Shown here one piece after another: positions 46,461 through 52,753 of a stretch of DNA of 52,753 nt. The notes under the pieces are model-generated. The model ran no database searches and had not been told where the DNA came from. It saw only the letters and a program-made list of their open reading frames with translations. The position numbers and the translations under genes were made by a program. The stretch's first letter is position 1. Each line of letters begins with the position of its first letter. Location: IMG/VR virus record IMGVR_UViG_3300028920_000086, positions 1 to 52,753 of that record, one strand, 5' to 3'. The DNA is from a virus. Lineage: Duplodnaviria > Caudoviricetes.

Positions 46461-46994
46461 CTATATCATTATACCTAATTTTTCTGAATAATATCCCTTT
46501 TTGGTCATATCCCCCTTTTTTATATTGCAGGGATAACACATTGTTTGTAAATTATTTAAATCGTCTGTACCTCCTCTTGATTTAGGTATTATATGATCTA
46601 TTGTAAAAAAAATTTCCTTATTTTTCTTGATTCCATATAAATTTAAATGATAGTTTTTTGAAGATAATAATTGTTCTACTGCAAAATATTTTCCCTCTAA
46701 TCCACATTTAACACATTTAATATTCTTTTTAAATACTTGATATTTTTTATGTTTTAAATATACCACTTCTTTATTAAAAATAGTTTTACTATTATATCCT
46801 TTCCAGTTATATTTAATTTTTGATAAAACCTCATCAACTAATACAATTCCTTTACGATTAACGGGATTAGTATTATAATTTAACTTTTTAATATAAATTC
46901 TTAAATTTATTTTTTCAAAAATAACAATACTTATCCCCGTTTGATTTTTATGTAAATTAAAAAAACCTAGATTTATAATTTTCATTATACTCAC
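46461..46994 (-). CDS. HNH endonuclease, paralog of 39919-40671
   Basis: [35 protein letters not shown]. Confidence 0.88.
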   Translation of the reverse strand: MSIMKIINLGFFNLHKNQTGISIVIFEKINLRIYIKKLNYNTNPVNRKGIVLVDEVLSKIKYNWKGYNSKTIFNKEVVYLKHKKYQVFKKNIKCVKCGLEGKYFAVEQLLSSKNYHLNLYGIKKNKEIFFTIDHIIPKSRGGTDDLNNLQTMCYPCNIKKGDMTKKGYYSEKLGIMI

Positions 46995-46999
46995 TCTTT

Positions 47000-47578
47000 C
47001 TATAATAATGATTCAATTATTTCATTAATAGATTTTTTAACTTTATTATTAAAATCTTTATCAATAATAAAATAATCTGATTTATAAAACTGATATTTAT
47101 CTATATTTCTATGATAAGGAGCCTCCCAATTTATATATCCAAAAATATAGGTTGAATTTTCTTTAAATTTATTATGTATATTTTTTATATCATAAAAATA
47201 TATACCTAAACAAAACATTATACTTATATCTTCTAAGGTAGAAGCAATTGAATCACAATTTTCTATATCAAGAGGATCATTAGTATAATTATAAATATTA
47301 TGTTCTTGATAAAATTCTATACTTTTATCATTAATAAATTTTTGTAATTTATCATTATTTATTTTTCCTGTAGATATTAAATAGTTAACATTACTAAAAT
47401 TACAAATTTCTATTCCTCCATTTGTATATGGTATGAAGCCATCATATGGTTTATATTCTACTTCACTTAAATTACTTTCAAAAAATTCATAATGAGTTTC
47501 TATTTTTTCAAAATAATTAGTAAATAAATCATTTATAAATTCTTTGTGTTTTAAATATAAATCATTATTATATTTCAT
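47000..47578 (-). CDS. hypothetical protein
   Basis: 192 aa, GGAGG SD. Confidence 0.75.
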   Translation of the reverse strand: MKYNNDLYLKHKEFINDLFTNYFEKIETHYEFFESNLSEVEYKPYDGFIPYTNGGIEICNFSNVNYLISTGKINNDKLQKFINDKSIEFYQEHNIYNYTNDPLDIENCDSIASTLEDISIMFCLGIYFYDIKNIHNKFKENSTYIFGYINWEAPYHRNIDKYQFYKSDYFIIDKDFNNKVKKSINEIIESLL

Positions 47579-47598
47579 ATATAAAAACCTCCATGAAA

Positions 47599-47808
47599 TT
47601 AATTATTTTGATGATACTTAACTAATGCCTCGTTCCAACAATTGAAACATTTTTTATTAAGGCATTTTGTACCACCTATAAAATTTTGTAAACCAAAATG
47701 ATGTGGGCAACACTGATAATTTATCATTATAGAAGACACAACGGCAAAATCATTATTGCTTAAAATTAAGTCCTTTATTATTTTTTGTTCATTAGTTAAT
47801 TTATTCAT
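47599..47808 (-). CDS. small Cys-rich protein
   Basis: CCP..GL..C...CFNCW. Confidence 0.65.
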   Translation of the reverse strand: MNKLTNEQKIIKDLILSNNDFAVVSSIMINYQCCPHHFGLQNFIGGTKCLNKKCFNCWNEALVKYHQNN

Positions 47809-48241
47809 TGTTGCCCTCTTTCATTTCTGTTTCATATTCTAATATTTTATCATAAGGCAACCACTGTGGCTTTCCATCTTCTGGAAAATTATTATATAGT
47901 CTCTTCATTTCTGTTATGTGAGCATCAATATTATCATTCCACAATCTATTTAAATTTCTATGTCCATTTCCTAAAAAATAATCACAATCACTTCTTAATC
48001 TGTCCAACATCATATAATTAAATCTATGAGGATTTTCTTGATATTGATCTATGAATTTAATTTCTTTCTTAATTTTTAAAGAAAACCCTAATTCTCCGTC
48101 AATTTGATTGCCACAAGTATATAAAACCGGTGTTCCTTTTCCTGAATTACCATCTTTATATATTTTTTCATTTTCAATACATTTATAAACAGGATGCTCC
48201 CAGTCATCCAACTGTATAAATTTCATTGTTAATTGTTCCAT
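47801..48241 (-). CDS. LPD11-like (large polyvalent protein domain) protein
   Basis: YMMLDRLRSDCDYFLG..LW..HI.EM..LY..F...KPQWL. Confidence 0.65.
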   Translation of the reverse strand: MEQLTMKFIQLDDWEHPVYKCIENEKIYKDGNSGKGTPVLYTCGNQIDGELGFSLKIKKEIKFIDQYQENPHRFNYMMLDRLRSDCDYFLGNGHRNLNRLWNDNIDAHITEMKRLYNNFPEDGKPQWLPYDKILEYETEMKEGNNE

Positions 48242-48283
48242 AATTTTTTATTCCTTTCTACTTAATATAGATATTTATAATTT

Positions 48284-48469
48284 TTAAATTGTTTTAGTGA
48301 GTTTATAATAACAATTAAAATCTTCTACTCTTGCAGTTTTATTTTTTATTCGTTCTACATTATATGGATAAAATCTGCAATTATGACATAAGATTTTATC
48401 TGTAATGCAATATAAACAATTCCATACACATTCGTATATATTTTTATTACACTTACTCCCATTACACAT
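48284..48469 (-). CDS. small Cys-rich protein
   Basis: 61 aa, 9 Cys. Confidence 0.55.
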   Translation of the reverse strand: MCNGSKCNKNIYECVWNCLYCITDKILCHNCRFYPYNVERIKNKTARVEDFNCYYKLTKTI

Positions 48470-48483
48470 TTAAATCACACCAA

Positions 48484-48648
48484 TCATTTTAATAATTTTT
48501 GTTCTAATGTTTCTTTTAATTGATTATCTGTTTGTTGTAAAACGCTCAACTCTTTATGTAGAGCGTCTGTATCAGCACATATTGCTCCTAAAATAATACA
48601 CTGTATACACAAAATTAATATTAATAATCCAATTATAATTTTATTCAT
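48484..48648 (-). CDS. small membrane-anchored coiled-coil protein (54 aa, not in ORF track)
   Basis: MNKIIIGLLILILC...; AAGGAG SD. Confidence 0.6.
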   Translation of the reverse strand: MNKIIIGLLILILCIQCIILGAICADTDALHKELSVLQQTDNQLKETLEQKLLK

Positions 48649-48649
48649 G

Positions 48650-49222
48650 TTATCTCTCCTTTAATGAATTCATTTCTGTTTCTAATTTTTGAATTTCTGC
48701 TTCTAATTTATAATTTTCTTCCTCAAGATTATAATAAGCATCCCAAGTAAGCTCATCCCAAATTACATCTTTTAAAGAAGACATATCAATTTTATTTAAT
48801 TCATTTAAATCATATTCTATATCAATAAATTGAATATATTCATCATATTCATTATTTTTATTTTTTTTTGCTTCATTAACTGTAAATACCTGATATGTAT
48901 GAGATGGAATATATATATTATTTTTTTTTGTTAATCGTACAGTAAATAATTGGTCTGTTGTACAAAGCAAAACACAATATACTTCACTACTTTGTGTTAA
49001 AACAACTTTGCCCTTTTTACAAGCTTCTTCATTAAATATATCAATTCCTCTATGGTTAATTAATATATTATTTTCTTTATTAAAGCAATTTCTAATATTG
49101 TCAAATATAAAACAAACGCCACACCACAGAATTATTATTATAATTATAGTAATTATAATAAAAACTCCATTTAATATATTATTTTTTAAATTACTCTCTT
49201 TTTGTTTTTTTAAATTTATCAT
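48650..49222 (-). CDS. membrane-anchored hypothetical protein
   Basis: N-terminal TM; AGGAGG SD. Confidence 0.7.
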   Translation of the reverse strand: MINLKKQKESNLKNNILNGVFIIITIIIIIILWCGVCFIFDNIRNCFNKENNILINHRGIDIFNEEACKKGKVVLTQSSEVYCVLLCTTDQLFTVRLTKKNNIYIPSHTYQVFTVNEAKKNKNNEYDEYIQFIDIEYDLNELNKIDMSSLKDVIWDELTWDAYYNLEEENYKLEAEIQKLETEMNSLKER

Positions 49223-49274
49223 TAATATCCTCCTATATAATTTATTTTTTTATTATTATATTATAGTAAATTTT

Positions 49275-49868
49275 TTATTTTATTACTCTTAATTTTTCTT
49301 TTATTTTATTATATGTTTCCTTAGAAACAATTATATTTTTACCACTTTTATGATAAATAATATATTTTTCTTCCTCTAAATTATAAACCGCATCAGTTAT
49401 CTCCATTATGCCATTAGATGATTCTAGTAATGTTTTTAATGTTCTACATTTTTTACCCTCGTTTTTTTTAAGGTTATTCCAAAGACGATTGGTATATAGA
49501 GGTATTCTTGTTTTACTTCCATCATAATTCATGTGATATAATGTAACAGAATATCCATATAACGAATTATAAATATATTTAATTACTTCTTCATCATTTA
49601 TAGCTTCAATATATTGATTATTACTATAAAGTATTTTAAGTAAATATAAATTCTTAGTTATCTTATGAATTTTAGTTTTTTTATTTAACTTATCCACTGA
49701 ATTGTATATATTTTGTGGAACATTATAAATATAATTTCCACATTGTATAAACAGGGCATCTTTTCCATAATATTTTTCTTTCATCCCTTTTACATTACCA
49801 GTGCTTGAAAAATTAGGATATTGACTAATATTAATTTGTTCTCCTGCTTCAATGCTTATTTTTTTCAT
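49275..49868 (-). CDS. hypothetical protein
   Basis: 197 aa, GGAGG SD. Confidence 0.7.
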   Translation of the reverse strand: MKKISIEAGEQINISQYPNFSSTGNVKGMKEKYYGKDALFIQCGNYIYNVPQNIYNSVDKLNKKTKIHKITKNLYLLKILYSNNQYIEAINDEEVIKYIYNSLYGYSVTLYHMNYDGSKTRIPLYTNRLWNNLKKNEGKKCRTLKTLLESSNGIMEITDAVYNLEEEKYIIYHKSGKNIIVSKETYNKIKEKLRVIK

Positions 49869-49897
49869 AATTTTTTTTAATCCTCCACTTTATTTTA

Positions 49898-50581
49898 TTA
49901 ATAAGATAATGCTTTTTTAATTAATTCGTGGTCTATTAAGTGTATTTTTTTGCGATATTCAAAACCTTTTATATTCTTTTTAAAATTTTTCAAAAAATAC
50001 ATACTTAAAAAATTACTATATTTTATTTTTGAATCATCTTCCAAAATTATATTAATTGATTTTTTTCCCTTAAAATATTTTAGTGTATTAACTAGTTCTG
50101 TAAATTCTTTTGTTGCCTTCCCTCTTTTATATTGTTCTAAGGCTAATAAATGATATTTATTATTACAAACCTTATCTAAAAGGTTATTAATATGTAATTT
50201 ATCCTCAACAAGATTATATCTTATTGATAATTCTCTTTCAAAAATATCATTATCTTTAATAATAATTATTTGACCACTTAAAATTTTCTCAAAAGAAATT
50301 TCAAAATAAGCATTTTTAATGTAGTTATCTAATGATATATCCACAGAATAAAAAGAGGGATATACTTTTTCAATATAAAAATCTGTATTATCAATAGTAT
50401 TTTCAACAACATCATTAAATTCTTGATAAATTTGATTTTCTATTTTGTTTTTAATAATTTTTTGTAATTCAATAACAGAGAATTCTTTATTTTTGATTTT
50501 TATGGTTTTAATTGTTAAAAAATTTCCTTTATTTTTATCTTCTATAGTTAAAACTAGATTATCATTTATTTTTATTTCCAT
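49898..50581 (-). CDS. hypothetical protein
   Basis: 227 aa, TAATG coupling. Confidence 0.7.
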   Translation of the reverse strand: MEIKINDNLVLTIEDKNKGNFLTIKTIKIKNKEFSVIELQKIIKNKIENQIYQEFNDVVENTIDNTDFYIEKVYPSFYSVDISLDNYIKNAYFEISFEKILSGQIIIIKDNDIFERELSIRYNLVEDKLHINNLLDKVCNNKYHLLALEQYKRGKATKEFTELVNTLKYFKGKKSINIILEDDSKIKYSNFLSMYFLKNFKKNIKGFEYRKKIHLIDHELIKKALSY

Positions 50582-51042
50582 TAAACACGAATCCTTTCAT
50601 TTTTTAAAATAAATTTTTCATTTGATACCAACAATATACCAACACAAGCTAAATCAGAAACTACCAGAACATTTTCAGAATTAAAAATAACTCTTTTTAA
50701 ATCTGTTAAATTTTCTTTATCACCATTACAATAAAAATCAATTATACAATTAACATCATCACATAACCACTGACAAAATAATTTATCAGTTTTAAAATAA
50801 TTGGTAAAAAATTTATATACTTTTTCTGTATTTTTTTTAGATAAACATAAACACGGAAGATTTAAATTATAAAAACTATTTACAAATTCAAATATGTCGT
50901 CATTATCTAATTCCATGACTTCATAATATAAAACCTTTTCAAAATTTGTAATTTTTTCACCATATATACTATCATCCCGAAAACCAAAACCATTTTCAAT
51001 AATTAATTTTGCTTCTTCTGACATGTTTCTTTTTATTAGCAT
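50581..51042 (-). CDS. hypothetical protein
   Basis: 153 aa ORF. Confidence 0.7.
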   Translation of the reverse strand: MLIKRNMSEEAKLIIENGFGFRDDSIYGEKITNFEKVLYYEVMELDNDDIFEFVNSFYNLNLPCLCLSKKNTEKVYKFFTNYFKTDKLFCQWLCDDVNCIIDFYCNGDKENLTDLKRVIFNSENVLVVSDLACVGILLVSNEKFILKNERIRV

Positions 51043-51066
51043 AATTCCCCCTAAAAAAATAATATT

Positions 51067-51411
51067 TTATTTATTTTTTTTCAATTTATTTTTTATATAT
51101 TTTTCAAAATTTTCTAATTTTTTTTCAAATTTCATTAATACAAATACTATAATACACTTAATTATAGTATCTATTAAAAAACTTTTAAAAATAGTTTTAT
51201 TAGACATATTTTGAATTATTTCAATTGATTCCATTTTTACGGTTTTTAAAGATAATAATATATCTATCATTATATTATTTTTAATTAATATTATCAAAGG
51301 GATGCCCAATAATATTGTAAATAATACATAAAGTTGAATAATCATAACTATCCAATTTACTATACCTGCTGTTATAAACTTAGCTTGAAAAAAAGAATAT
51401 AATTTTATCAT
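51067..51411 (-). CDS. membrane protein
   Basis: hydrophobic segments. Confidence 0.65.
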   Translation of the reverse strand: MIKLYSFFQAKFITAGIVNWIVMIIQLYVLFTILLGIPLIILIKNNIMIDILLSLKTVKMESIEIIQNMSNKTIFKSFLIDTIIKCIIVFVLMKFEKKLENFEKYIKNKLKKNK

Positions 51412-51413
51412 TT

Positions 51414-52361
51414 TTATTTCCCCTTAATAATTAATTCTTTATTTTTAATTTTTAAATTTCTGCATATATCACATTTTTTTCTTTGGTCAATATTATCTAT
51501 TGTTTCAATAATTTTTCTTGCTTGCTCTCTAAATTTTAAAATGTTATCTTTTATTTCTTCAAAATTAGTTGTTAAAACGTTGCCAATTATACCAGAATCA
51601 CAATAACAACAAATTTTTATGTCCCCATTTACATATATATTTAATTGTAAAATATCATTTAAAAATTCATCTATATCATTAAATGTATTATCAGATAATA
51701 AACATAATAATTCCCTATTATCATAAATATGGTTTTTTATTGCTCTTCCTGACGGATTATAATTATTCTTTTTATTTAATTCTTCTAAATAAAAAATTTT
51801 ATTTCTATCATTAAAATTTAATGAATAATATTCATAACTGCCACACTCACATTCCTGATCGTCATTATTTTCATCAAATTCACATATACATTCATCTTCA
51901 GTTATATATTCTGAATTATTTGTAAGGTTTTTTATCATATCATCGCTTAACATAATTTTTGACCTATTATTTAAATGATATATAGTATTAGAAATTCTAA
52001 TATAATTATAACCGCTAAAATTTTTTAAAAATCCCGGTTGATTATTAATCCATTTAATTAATTTTTCTGTTTGTTCTTGATTTTTAATAAAACTTCCATT
52101 AGTAGATATAAATAAATTATCATTTGAATCATTATATAGATATTTCATAGCATGAATAAAAAAATCTATATTTAAAAATGGTTCTCCCCCAAATATTGAT
52201 ATTTCATTTATATTAAAATATTCCTTAAACTCTTGACATTTTTCCAATACTTCATCATTCATGTTTTTACCATTCATTGTACATGAAAACATGCAATGAT
52301 CACAATCAAAATTACATTTACTAGTTATCATAAATCCTAAACTTCTAATAAAATTATTCAT
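51414..52361 (-). CDS. radical SAM protein with SPASM/twitch-like C-terminus
   Basis: CNFDCDHC, GGEPF, STNG, G.IKICCYC..GN..CDIC. Confidence 0.85.
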   Translation of the reverse strand: MNNFIRSLGFMITSKCNFDCDHCMFSCTMNGKNMNDEVLEKCQEFKEYFNINEISIFGGEPFLNIDFFIHAMKYLYNDSNDNLFISTNGSFIKNQEQTEKLIKWINNQPGFLKNFSGYNYIRISNTIYHLNNRSKIMLSDDMIKNLTNNSEYITEDECICEFDENNDDQECECGSYEYYSLNFNDRNKIFYLEELNKKNNYNPSGRAIKNHIYDNRELLCLLSDNTFNDIDEFLNDILQLNIYVNGDIKICCYCDSGIIGNVLTTNFEEIKDNILKFREQARKIIETIDNIDQRKKCDICRNLKIKNKELIIKGK

Positions 52362-52405
52362 TAATAAATCCCCCTAATAATTATTTAATGTTGTTATCTA
52401 ATTTA

Positions 52406-52576
52406 TTATTTATTTTTTATTTCATTATCCCAAATCCATTGATTAATTTCTTGTTCTGTCATTCTTGCATAACATATATTACATTGTCTACATTTAATAA
52501 TATTTCTACATAAAATTAAATTACTTGGTTTTTCTTGCTCTATTTTTTGTAATTTTAATATGTCTTTTTTATTCAT
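52406..52576 (-). CDS. small Cys-containing protein (56 aa, not in ORF track)
   Basis: MNKKDILK...CRQCNIC; GGTGA SD. Confidence 0.5.
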   Translation of the reverse strand: MNKKDILKLQKIEQEKPSNLILCRNIIKCRQCNICYARMTEQEINQWIWDNEIKNK

Positions 52577-52587
52577 TTAATCACCAT

Positions 52588-52753
52588 TTACCTTTTAATT
52601 AGATTATGAGGTATATTATAATCTATTAATTGAAAGCCTACTATAAGTTGATTATCAAATATTATATGTATATAACATTGAGATAATATTATTAAATTAT
52701 TATTATTTAATTTTTTAATTTTGCCATAAATAATATCAAATTCATCATTTTTT
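52588..52753 (-). CDS. 3' end of a gene entering from outside the window
   Basis: open frame ...DEFDIIYGKIKK...LIKR*. Confidence 0.5.
   Translation of the reverse strand, partial: KNDEFDIIYGKIKKLNNNNLIILSQCYIHIIFDNQLIVGFQLIDYNIPHNLIKR

Noticed and set aside
4670-51214. All plus-strand ORFs in the track (e.g. 22316-22693, 37360-37665, 38306-38668)
   Set aside because: They overlap well-supported minus-strand genes, show the F/L/I/S-rich composition of antisense shadows and lack convincing SD sequences.
1-52753. Stop-codon reassignment
   Set aside because: Long conserved genes read intact in the standard code, and TAA, TAG and TGA all end genes.
1-52753. Integrase, att site, transposase or reverse transcriptase (DGR/retron)
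   Set aside because: No such motifs recognised in any ORF, so lifestyle cannot be determined from this window.

Overview
A very AT-rich 52.7 kb segment of a large phage or prophage genome. The host is probably a low-GC anaerobe such as a Bacillota member: AGGAG-type ribosome binding sites, sigmaA-type promoters and a class III ribonucleotide reductase point that way. Every credible gene is on the minus strand. The window holds (i) an SPbeta-like replication module (SSB-like protein, Sak4-like ATPase, Zn-finger protein, DnaB-like helicase, primase, RecJ-like exonuclease, DnaE); (ii) nucleotide metabolism genes (NrdD with two inteins, NrdG, ThyX with an apparent AUU start, glutaredoxin, Nudix, DHH); (iii) DNA modification candidates (Mom-like, DUF4338-like, N4C/N6A methyltransferase, GT2 glycosyltransferase, radical SAM); and (iv) many small accessory genes. 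The most unusual feature is a ~202-nt tRNA-shaped RNA (12719-12920). Its anticodon loop (Ser-UGA-like) is interrupted by a 109-nt insert of four hairpins, and it lies at the end of a tight RNA ligase-unknown gene-RNA cluster. Other highlights are a tail-fibre-tip (C1q) plus chaperone cassette between recJ and dnaE, two tandem ACP-like proteins lacking the canonical Ser, a Phd-like antitoxin with a 30-bp palindrome and an unknown partner, and a candidate ~65-nt sRNA after nrdD. All family calls come from motif recognition by eye; no database search was run.
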